DNA of 64,000 bases from Paraspadella gotoi (Eukaryota > Animalia > Chaetognatha), in NCBI GenBank assembly GCA_051294375.1, contig CM119269.1, positions 5,973,531 to 6,037,530 of the forward strand, read 5' to 3'. Numbering within the stretch: the stretch's first letter is position 1; every line of letters starts with the position of its first letter. Below are positions 27,597-39,129 of this stretch, piece by piece. The notes beneath the pieces were generated by a model. The model searched no databases and was not told where the DNA came from. It worked only from the letters and a program-made list of their open reading frames with translations. A program made the position numbers and the translations under genes.

Positions 27597-27848
27597 TTAC
27601 GCGGCGGCGTCGGCCTCGGCGTTTTTCGACGCCGCGGGGTCGAACGGCGTCGCTGAGTTTTCGGCGTCGGCGCGCTCGTTCTCGTTGTTGTTGACGAGGC
27701 GTTGGAACGGCGCCGCTTTGCGTTTGACGCCGGTCAACGTCGAGGCGGATGACGCGCCGGTTGGGACGACGCCGGTGGCCGGAAGTGACGCCGATTCGGT
27801 CTCGGCGTCGCCTCTGAGCAGCGAAGTGCTCAAGGCACTGAGGAGATC
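27597..27848 (-). CDS. Probable last coding exon of the large minus-strand gene (DLLSALSTSLLRG...GVKRKAAPF...AEADAAA*)
   Basis: Pyrimidine tract plus cctcag acceptor at 27849-27850, then a GC-rich open phase-0 frame of 84 codons ending TAA at 27597-27599. GC|GTAAGA at the same spot could instead be a donor. Confidence 0.75.
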   Translation of the reverse strand, partial: DLLSALSTSLLRGDAETESASLPATGVVPTGASSASTLTGVKRKAAPFQRLVNNNENERADAENSATPFDPAASKNAEADAAA

Positions 27849-28245
27849 CTGAGGGTTGGCGGGAGGAAGAGAGGAAGGAGAGGGAAAAAGGAAAATAGGT
27901 AAATAGAAAGGAGAGAATGGGATGAAAATAGGAGGAAAATAGGAAGGAGAGGAAGGGAGGAAAAACGGAGGAAAAGAAGAAGTGGAAAGAAGAAAAAGGA
28001 TGGGAAGAGAGGACATAGAGGAAAAGAAAAAGAAAAGGGAGGGAGGAAAGAAAGAAAAGAAGGAAATTGGAGGACGAGAAAAGGAAGAAGTGAGGAGGGA
28101 GAAATGGGGTGGAGGAAGGAAGAAAAATTGATTTAGTCGTTGTTGTTCTCGATTCAATTAATTATTTGAGAAAAGAATTCAATGAATTTAAAAACGAGAC
28201 AAAAACGAGTTATATTAGATGAGAAAGGAAGAGAAAAAGGGAAGG

Positions 28246-28403
<158 letters not shown>

Positions 28404-28884
28404 AGAGAGGCTAGGCGTAATCTGGAGCTCATTAAATTTTATTGCAAAGCACGTTACCATATAATGCTAATGAAAACCGCATTAATTTTCCCCTTTAATA
28501 AATCGGGATATGGGCGTCAGACGAAATTAAAAAATTAAATTTTTTAACTTGATTCTGTTTTTTTTTTTTTTTTAATATTCCGCGATTGTCGCGTTTAAAT
28601 TATTATTATTAAAAGAATAGGAGGATATACAAATCAGTTTGAAGCAAGTCTAGTACAATTCATTATTTTAATTTCCTTTGCAGTAAAATAAAAAACCTCA
28701 ACTTTAGTTTTAAATATCTAAATTCACGCGACAACGAAATCCTTTTTTTTTAAATTTAATTAGCGAAAAACTAATAAACTAATTAAGAAAAAACTGATTT
28801 TTTAAAATTTTTTTAATGATTACGACGTTTTCGTCCGTCAGCCATTTTTTCCGTCTCGTCCTCACAAAAAGACTGAAAACATCG

Positions 28885-29182
28885 GGCACTCTTTTCCAAA
28901 AGCCGCCCATTTCTTCACCCGATCCTTTAAATTAATTTTATACTAATATTTTACCAAATTTGTAATCTAATCCCAAAAGATATAGTACATAACTGTGACC
29001 TTATCTATAACCTTAATCCAAAATCCACAACCTTAATTCCTAACCTTATCCCCCAAATCACTAACCAAATCACTAACGTAACCCCTAACCCTTAAGCAAA
29101 TATCATCCCTAACCCTTAACCTAATATTTAAAGTTAAAAAACTTATTCAAGTCTGAAATGGGGCCCTTTTGAAAAATATGCC
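28885..29182. mobile_element. MITE-like element with ~29-bp imperfect TIRs and internal CCTAAC(C)-like repeats
   Basis: Left ggcactcttttccaaaagccgcccatttc vs reverse complement of the right end ggcatatttttcaaaagggccccatttc. The interior is rich in taaccct/accttaa. No clear TSD. Confidence 0.65.
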
Positions 29183-29447
29183 TAAAAATTTGAATTCGAA
29201 TTGAACGCAACTAAATAAAAAAATCTCGAGAGAAAAAGAATCGCGCGACAGATGAGAGAGACGAACCGACGCCAGCGACGCTCTTTGGCATTTTGTGAAA
29301 CGACTTATATGATGTGATCTTTTGTTCGTGATGACGCGATTTGAAACTTGAGGGGGGGGGGCAGTTCTTTATTCTTTCGAATAAGAAACGAGCATTGCTT
29401 TATAACGGGATTTGCAATATGTTCACCCCACCTATAAACAAGTAACC

Positions 29448-29549
29448 CGGTAGCTCAATGAGCAATACCATCAGCGCATGCCCCATTAGGTATTGGGTTC
29501 GATACCCAATGATAATGGTATCGCAATTGCAATGCCCGACTGCCGTTTT
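29448..29549 (+). ncRNA. Candidate Pol III structured small RNA (vault/Y-RNA-like or tRNA-derived)
   Basis: A-box-like TAGCTCAATG (29451-29460); T-arm/B-box hairpin ATTGGG-TTCGATA-CCCAAT (29492-29510); 5'/3' pairing; TTTT at 29546-29549; TATAAA at 29433-29438. Confidence 0.55.
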
Positions 29550-29699
29550 AGTTTTTTTTTTTTTTTTAGGCAAGTTTTTTTTAATGGTGAGTTTGCTTGT
29601 ATTTTTTTCCTCCTTTTACTTTTTGTAATTTAAATCTTTTTCACTCACTCGATCGTCATAAAAAAAAATATGGTTTTAATTCATTTCCGTGATTAATTA

Positions 29700-29730
<31 letters not shown>

Positions 29731-32700
29731 AGTCGTCGCTAACAATGACGACGCCATTTTATTTTTCAATCGACTCATTTTTCTTTTTCTTTTTTGCATC
29801 TATGAAGGAGACTGACAAAAAAGAATACTCGATGATGACAGCAATGACGAAGGGGACCACTAAATATGCGACAACAACGACGATGATGACGACGAACGGT
29901 ACAATCAAATTCAGGAAAATTTTGGTATTCTATGTACGTTTTTTCTTCTTTTTTTTTCNNNNNNNNNNNNNNNNNNNNNNNNNNNNNNNNNNNNNNNNNN
30001 NNNNNNNNNNNNNNNNNNNNNNNNNNNNNNNNNNNNNNNNNNNNNNNNNNNNNNNNNNNNNNNNNNNNNNNNNNNNNNNNNNNNNNNNNNNNNNNNNNNN
30101 NNNNNNNNNNNNNNNNNNNNNNNNNNNNNNNNNNNNNNNNNNNNNNNNNNNNNNNNNNNNNNNNNNNNNNNNNNNNNNNNNNNNNNNNNNNNNNNNNNNN
30201 NNNNNNNNNNNNNNNNNNNNNNNNNNNNNNNNNNNNNNNNNNNNNNNNNNNNNNNNNNNNNNNNNNNNNNNNNNNNNNNNNNNNNNNNNNNNNNNNNNNN
30301 NNNNNNNNNNNNNNNNNNNNNNNNNNNNNNNNNNNNNNNNNNNNNNNNNNNNNNNNNNNNNNNNNNNNNNNNNNNNNNNNNNNNNNNNNNNNNNNNNNNN
30401 NNNNNNNNNNNNNNNNNNNNNNNNNNNNNAGGAAAATATTTTTGAATTAATTTTGAATCTTTTTATTCAGCTCAAATTAAGGAATTCTAATCGTGTTCTA
30501 ATACATGTTGATTAGACCTTTCGAACATACAAACCCAATTAAAAAGAGTGTTTTGAAACTTTTAAGTTTTAATTTAGTGGAAATTTAAATGTAAGAAGTT
30601 TAATGTATCTTTGAAATTTCTTTTTACAATAATATTTCCTCATAAAAAATGAAGGAAATATAGAAATTAGTTTCAACTTTTTTTTTTTTGTTTTTTTTTT
30701 TTTTGCGTTCGTTAGTTTTCGAATCCTTTGTGTTGATTTATAAGCTTATTAGCGTTATTTTATAATGATTTAATTATCGTTTGACCTTCCTTATTTTTTG
30801 TTCGGTAATTTAATTATCACAATTATTGTCTATTATTTTGGTTTTACTGTTAGTTTGTATAAAAAGACGCTGAAATAGAAATAAGCCTTTTCATCAGCTC
30901 CCCATTTGAATCGATCTCGGCCGCGATTGCGTCAGAGATCTTAACTCGGGATTAACGAGGGGGGTGAGGAGAGACTGAGAGAGGGGTGATGTCCGGGAGG
31001 TAGAGGAGTGAGAGAAGGAGGGATAAGGAATGGGAGGAGCGCACGCGCAGGAAGAGCGAAGAAAAGCAGGGAGTTGAATGTATGACGAGAGGAAGAGAGG
31101 TCAGAAAGGAAGTGCACGGAGAGAATCTCAAAAATGCGATAGATGTGAGAAATATATTGGAGACCATAGACAGCACGAAGCGAGATTGCGACGAGAAGAG
31201 CAGAAGAGAGAATAAGGTCGGCGAGCAGAGAGCTGAGAGGAGGAGGAAACGGACGGAGCAAGAGAGAGAGAGAGAGTACGGGGCAGAGAGAGAAGAGAGC
31301 GATAGAATAGATGCGATGAGAGAGAGATCACACGAAAAGAGAGAGGGGCGAAGAGCATGACGAGCCGAAGAGGCCCCAGAAAGACAAAGACCGCACTGCA
31401 CGCCGGAGAAAGAGATTGATTAGTTGCCCCGAATCGCAGTTGGACTAAGAAGTTGACAAGTCGATCAGGCGCACTGATAGGGAAAGCAGGCGATGATAGG
31501 CTGTAAAAAGCTGAGTGGGAGCGCAGGCGATGACAGAAGAACTAGCAGATTTATAGGAATTAGAAACAATTAAACCGCCATGTCCGAGTGGTTATGATAC
31601 ATTTGATTATGAAATTTTAAACAAAGAAGCAGCAGAGAGTAAACGAGAGAGAGAGAGAGACGAGAGAGACGAGAGAGCAGACGAAAGAGAGAGACGAGCA
31701 GAGAGAGCAGAGAGAGAGAGGCAGAGAGAGNNNNNNNNNNNNNNNNNNNNNNNNNGAGAGAGAGAGAGAGAGAGAGAAAGAGAGCTTTTAATCCTTCACG
31801 GCAATAAATTTCTGGCCTTGGAACCATGAATCCAGGATTCGAACAGCGACCAAAAATGCCAGAACCTACGGAGCAAGAGAAACTGTCGGTCCTCTTCGTT
31901 ATCGTCATCGTCGTCGTCGTCTTCGTCGTCGTAATTAGTGTCCGTTATTTCCCGCTCTTCTTGTCCCAAGCGTCAGAACCACGAGCCAGTTTCACGATTG
32001 ACGATGTGACCGGAGAGAGACAGAGAGAGACGCCAAGAGTTAGATGCAATTGCAAACGTCACATGGAAGAGAAGGTTGCAACGAGAGAAGGACCAAAGAG
32101 ACGATGGTCAATATACGAAGACAGTGATTGAGAGACATGAATACTGAATAGTAAATACTAAGGCACAGATCGAATATGAAAGAAGCTTTTTAACTGTGTA
32201 GAACTTTAACTTTAACTTCAACATTAAAATTTAACATCTATCACAAATGTTTTCCCATCAGCACGCGACTCTGTGAGTCTCTGCCTCTCAGACCCAACGC
32301 CGGTTTTCCGCGGAGAATTTACGAGAGACGCGATGAAGAGAAGAAGAAATACGAGCGACGCAGACGTAATAAGAAAAGCCAACTATTTATTTTCTTTTTC
32401 CAAATTAATCCGCAAAGTTCATTAGTGGCCGAATGTCATTTGCGTTTCCCTATTTTTTTTTTTTTTTTTTGGGGGGGGGGCGCTTTTGCTTGGCCGGACA
32501 GATATAATAGTTTTTTTTATCTTGATGAAGGATAAATCGGTCGGCTTCGTCATCTAGGGATGACTCCAGCGTCGATTATTTGAATCGTGAAGATTCAGCT
32601 TTACAATTGGAAAATCGTCAAGAGATCAAGTCAGCGTGTGAGTAGTTTTCACATTTTATTGTTCGGATTTTAAGAACATCGAAATAAATTTATAACATTT

Positions 32701-33039
32701 TATATAATACATAGCGATATACCTGAACGATTTTGGCATTGAAGCTATCCTGTCTCAGTGACTCTGCATATTATCATTGTTATTGTGCGAACAAAGATTC
32801 TCTCCGTATGTCTCGATGGTAAGTGTCTATCTTTAGAACAAAGTATAAGGCCACAGGCCGTGGCCTGAGATTCCTTAAATCTCGCGTCTTTGGCGATAAG
32901 TCCTTAGTTGATGATGATTCTTATCATCATCATCAGCCGCGCACGAGTGGCACAGGCATGTGAAGGCAGGCTCCGAGAGTTTCCCTGTGTCCCGTCTTTC
33001 TAATTGATTTGTATCTCGCACGTTTGTCGAGTAAACGAC

Positions 33040-33078
<39 letters not shown>

Positions 33079-33117
33079 GAGAGAGAGGACGAGAGAGAGA
33101 GAGAGAGAGAGAGAGAC

Positions 33118-33622
33118 CTGATGAAACCCTCATGTAAACTTTAGTGTAAGGATGCTGGGTCGCGCGGTAGTGATCGGGTCAAGAATCATGCGGATGTCGC
33201 GGCCAGGTGATGAGTCACTGCCGGCGCCAGTACATTTCTTCTATCGGTCCGCTTACTCTGGTTGTTTCCACAGGCACCTCGTACATCGATCCAGTAAATT
33301 CGCTTCGATTTGCGCTTTCTCTTCTCCCCTGGCGCCGCTTGGGCGACATCGGCTTGGCACCGACCGTTTTCGCGCCGGTGACGCCGGCTAAGTGGCGCCT
33401 TTTGCTCCGAGATCCAGGCGTCGTCTAACGGCCGAGTAAGCGGAGGACCGTTGTTGGTCGGAGCGGGCACGCCGCCGCTCGCCAGCCTCACCAGTGGCCG
33501 CCTTTTCGGTTTATTCGCGATCCTGCCTGCGCCGGCCGGACGATCCGAATATGAGGGGCGCGCCCCCGGGTCGACGGCCGCATCTTCCCGGCGACCAGAG
33601 GGGAACAGGGTTAAGGCATTTT
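33118..33622 (-). CDS. Noisy internal exon with a basic patch (EKRKRKSKR) and possible atypical C2H2 finger remnants
   Basis: GC-rich. Donor CATCAG|gtctct at 33116-33117 is phase 0, matching the last exon. AG at 33623-33624 is phase compatible with the previous exon. Several internal frameshifts are needed. Confidence 0.55.
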
Positions 33623-33972
33623 CTGTTTTGGTTTTGTTTTCTTGTTTGTTTTTGAGAGAGAGGAGAGAGAGAGTAGAGAGGAGAGAGACGAGAGAGAGAG
33701 AGAGAGCAGCAGAGACAGACAGCAGAGAGCAGGCAGGAGGAAACTATTTAACAATTCGCCAAAAAAACAAAATCTGTCCGATAAAGGCGGGGAAAAACAA
33801 TTGCGGGCAGCCGCGGTAATTTGGGCAGCAGAATTATTTGCTTAAGTTTGTTTACTCTGTGTATCTAAACAATATTTTATCATGAAAAATTTTAATATCA
33901 TATCTCATTGTTAGCATTGGCGAGCTCATTCGGGTAAGAAATCAAGTTTTTAATAATTTTTTTTAAACAGAC

Positions 33973-34141
33973 CTAAGGGATTCATTCTAAGCGCGGGACG
34001 TGGATTAAAGAAACTTTTCAAGGCGGCCATCATTTTTTCGCAAATTGACTCCGACTTCCATTTCGGCGGCTTTGTGGACCTCGTTTTATCCGGCTCTACT
34101 AGTTTACAGGCGGACCATATCACAGGTTCCAACCATCGGGT
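33973..34141 (-). CDS. Internal exon (TRWLEPVIWSACKLVEPDK...LRMNPL)
   Basis: Open frame of 56 codons + 1 nt with donor TTAG|gtctgt. A pyrimidine tract lies upstream but the acceptor reads GG, possibly a base error. Confidence 0.55.
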
Positions 34142-35114
34142 CCGGGGCGGAAAGAAGCGAAAGAAAAAGGGTTAAAAAAAATGAACCAAAACGGGGAATC
34201 GTGAATTCATGAGGGGTCACCAAACATTATCTGTCTCTGTTCATTTATAGTCTGTACCTGAAAAATTTTTTGGTATTTTCCAGTCCTCATTGGGTGCCGG
34301 ATAATCTCTATCAAAAAAAAAAAGAAAAAAAAAAAAATGTGGAAAAAGAAATTCAAAAGGACAAGGTGTTGTTTCAGGCATGACCAATCAAGTGGCTGTC
34401 TGAAATCTTTTTTATAACATATTTTATCCAAGTAAGTTTTAAAAATTAATCGCAGATTTCGAAATTATAGTTTTTTCTAATCAAAAAATTCTCCTAAAAA
34501 ACCTATTGTTAAAATTAGTAAAAAGTTTAAATTTCTAAATAGAAAATCGATTAGTTGAATTAAATTTCTAAAAAATAAAAATTTATCACTGTAAGAGACC
34601 AGCCCAACGAACGTTAATCATCCAAATATTTGCACGATAACGAAAAGCGGTATAAGCCAAAAGAAAAATTAAAATACGAGTGGGGAGAGAATTAAGGTAA
34701 AAAGCCAAAATGTGCGGATTTATTCGAGCATAGCAAAAAAAAAAAAAAAAACAAAACAAAAAAACAAGCCTAAAACATGAAAATGTACCCCTTCCCTGTT
34801 CATCGTTGGAGCCGTTCTATAGGTGACCCCTGCCAAGAATTGAGACACCTGCCGGGTAACGCAGGCCACGGATAAACGTATTTAGGTTGACGCCCTGACA
34901 CGGATGAACTTTCGTGACCTCAGAGGTCAAATAATTTTAGTTCCCTAAAATGAACGCGGTCCGTCAAGGCGATTAGGAGAAATCCATTTAATTAATTAGC
35001 TCAAAACACAATAAAACCAAACCTGAATTTTTTTTTGTTTATATCCGTAGTAATAAATTTTAAAAAAATTCGTCCTTCGGTTCTGAACTAGTTGCTTAAG
35101 GTTAAATTATTAAC

Positions 35115-35428
35115 CTCAAGTAAATTAATTTGGATTTTCCCCTTTCCAACTATGCCAAAGCTCGGACCCTGTATAGTAATCTTCTTCTCGGGCCAAAGCT
35201 TTTCTTGATTCAGTCAGGGGAACCCAAGCTTGAATAATTAGGCGATTTTCACTGTAACGAAGAGAGAGAAAGTTGACTCCTGTTGCAAATGAGCGACGGC
35301 GTCCAATAAAATCAGGAAATGAGGATTTATCTATCAATAACTGGATTGGTTAGTGAATTCGCAGCTTCGTCGGCGGGTCCGATTATCGGCGGGATCGTGA
35401 GTCCGGCATCTCGGTTTAGTAGTGTTAC
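35115..35428 (-). CDS. Noisy internal exon (VTLLNRDAGLTIPPIIG...KITIQGPSFGIVGKGKIQINLLE)
   Basis: Donor GAG|gttaat at 35113-35114. Protein-like segments lie in shifting frames and both ends are phase compatible with neighbouring exons. The acceptor is imperfect. Confidence 0.5.
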
Positions 35429-35924
35429 CGAGTGCGGAACGGAAAAAACGGAAACATTAAGGGAAAATGTAGTGCTAGAAGAAAAGTGTTAAGAAATTTG
35501 TCTCGCGATTTTGGAAAAAAAACCATCGCGTTGGAAACTGGGTGAACGAACAAAAGTGAACAGGGTGTCAAAAATTATTATAAGAAAAGAAAAACTACTA
35601 AAATTGAAAGTTGGGCGGGAAAAAAAAATCTTAGGACATATATATTTTAATAGCCGTCAATTTTAAAACAAATATAATAAAAAAGAGATTTTGTACTGAA
35701 ATGCATGTAAAATACTTATAATAAAAAAAAGGATTGTTTACTCAAGCAACAATAAACTACTAGCGTACTTATTAATTCGTAGGTCTTAATTATATTTGAC
35801 AATTCTTTTTTTAATAAATATTTTCAATACCTATAATATGTAATCAACCGCGTTGAGATATAATCTGTAAAATTAATAACGAAGTAAACTAAACTGCTGT
35901 AGGATTTTAGGTTTGTTTGTTTAC

Positions 35925-36003
35925 CTTCTGATCGACAACGCAAGTGATCATGAGGCAAGGCGATCGCGAGAAGGAAAGGCGACGATAGAGGCGCTGATGA
36001 TTA
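35925..36003 (-). CDS. Internal exon (NHQRLYRRLSFSRSPCLMITCVVDQK)
   Basis: T-tract...caaag| acceptor and AAG|gtaaac donor; 79 nt, open frame. Confidence 0.65.
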
Positions 36004-36179
36004 CTTTGCGGCAGAAGAAAAAAAAAACAAAAGACATAAAGGAAAATAATAATTGAAAAAAATTACAAACATTCTTTAAAACCTAGGTTAATATATTTTT
36101 TTTGTTTGAGAAGGAAACAAACTCTCTCGTCTACTTCTCTCTCTCTTCTCTCCCTCTCTGTCTCCACTCTTGCTTTCCT

Positions 36180-36382
36180 GCCATACGTGACGATTGAAAG
36201 ATTGACCAGTGAATTTTTCCGCACTTGTCTCTTTTAATTTATATTTAGCAAAAAAGTCGAATCAAAGATTATACGGTGCACCGCCCCCGTCTCAACAACC
36301 GAAACGAAACAACGCTTGTACTTTTACAGCGAAATCCGGAACCTTAGATTCAATTGCTGGCTGTCGAAAGGAATAAGACGTC
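36180..36382 (-). CDS. Possible noisy internal exon (RLIPFDSQQLNLRFRI...)
   Basis: gtcag acceptor at 36383-36384 followed by protein-like fragments with frameshifts. The donor was not resolved. Confidence 0.35.
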
Positions 36383-36949
36383 CTGACTTTTATGCGACGG
36401 ATAAAATGTAAATTCAATTTTGAATCCGTCGAATATTAGCGTTTTTTTTTTTTAATTACAATAATAAAAGTAAAAGAAGAAATCGTAGAAATCATTAAAA
36501 CGAAAACTTGAACTTGAACATTTGGTCACGCATCCAACTTTATGAGATCTCCTCATTGGATTTTTGTGAAATAATTGTTGCCAAAATACACGAAAATGTG
36601 ACCGGGATAACATTAAAATTAAACTTTAAAAAACAAAGCCAAAAAAAAATGAAAATATTGATCGATTTGGGGAATTTTAGTAATAAAACAGTTTTGATCA
36701 TTAAATTGCCAATTCGCGTAAAAACAAACCAGTTTTCAAAAGGTCTCGGGTCGACGATGTCGAATTGGCGACAGTTTTACATTTTTGATTTAAAATAATA
36801 AAAAAAAAAATTGAACAAAATGAAAACTAAGAATAAAATGAAATGTGTTATGCTAAAACTTTTGTTTTATTTCTAACTTAAAAACATACTTCAAAACTAT
36901 AAAGAAGGAAATAAAAAAATAAAAAGGAAATGAAAATAATCTTCAGTCG

Positions 36950-37700
36950 TTTCCGATGGCAACTCAACGGCGTACTTCGTCGTGGCGGGTCAAAAAGTTT
37001 TTCTCAAATCCGACAAAACTCGAAATTCTTCGTACGCCGTCGTCGTCGTCCGTCGTCGTCCGTCGCCCCGTCCATCAACGACTCCTTTTGATAGCGAATG
37101 ACGTGCTTTGGCCTTGACTCTATGGTTGGTGAGGGGAACGACGATCGAACAACGACGACACAACGCCAACTGAAATGACTTTTCCGGCGTTGGCGTCAGC
37201 CCGTCGGCAAAGGTTGTCACAGAACTCGATATGTCCAGGTTTGAAGCGCCGGGAAATTCCAGCGAACGCCGACGAAAGGTCCTTTCGGCCGCCAGACAAA
37301 CCGTGAGCCGACAGGGGCGATCTAATTCCGGCGCCCGTCGTTTGCAAATCGCTAAGAGACTCGTCCGGCTTCTCAGGTCGAAGATTCTTCGCTAAAGCGA
37401 AAAATTTGTCCGGGCAAAATGTATTCCTCTTCGACGGAACGTCGATTGTGGACATTCAACATCCTTTACGAACGACCCAATATAAGCTCGGATAAGGGTT
37501 TATCGACCAACCTTCCTCAGGATGGGCCAAAGCCCAAGAATCTGGGCGCCAAAAATCTAAATTCGGTTCAACGCGAATTTCGGGTCAAATAAGAAATGGA
37601 AAGCTCACGTGGACCGTAGAACGAAGGAAAGGACGCTGCGGCGGCGGATGCCTGCTGCGGCGGCGGGTGGGCGGGGCGGCGCGGGTGTCAGCGACGGGAG
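36950..37700 (-). CDS. Noisy internal exon(s) (...LDFWRPDSWALAHPEEGWSINPYPSLYW...KRNTFCPDKFFALAKNL...)
   Basis: GC-rich island downstream of a long pyrimidine-rich intron, with non-repetitive protein-like segments in shifting frames. Boundaries are approximate. Confidence 0.5.
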
Positions 37701-38245
37701 TAAGGGATAATAGGAAAGGAGATGGAGATAGAAGATGGAGGACATAATGTGGGAAGAGATTAGATAGAAAAATATTAAAGTAAATGAAGGTATAAAAAAA
37801 GATAAAAAATCATGTAAGAAGAAAGATTAAAGGGAAAAGTAGAAAGTTGAAAAGGGGAAAAAACGGAGAAGAGAGAAAAAGAAGTGACGTAAAATAAGAA
37901 CATAAAAGGGGTAAAAAAATGAGAGAGTGGTAAAAGAAAGGAAAAGGAAAAGGAAAAGGAAAAAAGAATAGGCAAAAGGAAAAACGAAAAGAATAAAAAA
38001 ACAGGAAATGAAGTAAGGGAGACAAAAGGGAAAGGGAAAAAAAAGAGAAGGAAATAGAATAGAAAACAAAAGAGAAAAGGAGAAAATAAAGAAGAAGAAA
38101 AAAGGAGAGAAATAAGGAAAGAAAAAGGAGAAAAAAAAAAGAGATAAAAAGAAACAGAAAAAAAGACAGAAAAAGGAAGGGGCGGCGTGAATTTGGGTCA
38201 TAAAACGCGAAGGCGTCTGCCACTCGATCTTTTCGCTCAATTTAC

Positions 38246-38700
38246 ACCCGAACGCGAGTCGTAGTTGACGGTCTGAGTGCGGTGTGCCGGGTTTTTATGA
38301 GCTCGGGGCGTTCGGGTCAGTGGGGAGTTCAGCGCGTCGACCACCGAATATTTTGAGGCGTCTTGTGATTTTGGTTGAGACCCGGGTGACTGGTGATGAA
38401 TTGAGCTTCGAACGAATGTGAATAGTCCTGACGTCTGCCTTTCGTGGTTCGTCGTAACTGAAGAGAAGGAAACTGATTCGCCCGAATGTTGTTTTTCGTT
38501 CCAGCTTGTATTGCTGCTAACTCGTTTCGATCGCGGCAAGCTCCGTATTTGGTTTACACTTCCCTCTCCCCCTAATTGCCGCATGAAGCACTGGGATATC
38601 TATATTCTGAGGTAGACTCTCGTACTTCTTTTGCCTTTGCAAGAACATTTCTGCTCAAAAATCTGAAACTCTCAAGAACATGATTCTCTCAGATCATGAT
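38246..38700 (-). CDS. Probable internal exon, Ser-rich
   Basis: ORF 38237-38584 is open up to GGT|gtaaat at 38244-38245. The 5' boundary is uncertain. Confidence 0.4.
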
Positions 38701-39129
38701 AAAATTCTAACAACATTGTTTGTTCGGAAATATAAATAACAAACACGAAAGTAAAGGTATAGGAAAACCGATCGATCAAACGATCAAACGAAATTAGGAA
38801 GAACGTTGTTGCTCCACAATATACATGATCGCTCCACAATTGTCATATCAAGCCATGGACCGAAAAAGAATTCAAGGAAAACGGAAGAACCCAAACAGAG
38901 AGTCGCCATTGCTCCTTTTACGAACAGAAACATCTTTGGGTTTTTTATCACCATTTTTTCTCTTAATTACGACTCTCTCTCTCTCTCTCTCTCTCATCTC
39001 TGTGCGAGGCTGGATTCCTCTCTCCGTTCGTGGTCACAGGACGCTAAGCTAGAGATCTCTCTCTCTTCCTCTCTCTTCTCTCTCATCGTTATCTTCTCTC
39101 TCTCCCTCTCTCTATTCTCTTTTCTCCCC

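Noticed and set aside
32848-32884. Adjacent small hairpins as a Helitron 3' end
   Set aside because: No CTRR terminus at the expected distance and no matching 5' end.
35172-35195. REEDYYT resembling the ZNF395/ZNF704 post-finger motif
   Set aside because: It lies upstream of the putative finger rather than after it, and no C-clamp was seen, so no gene symbol was assigned.
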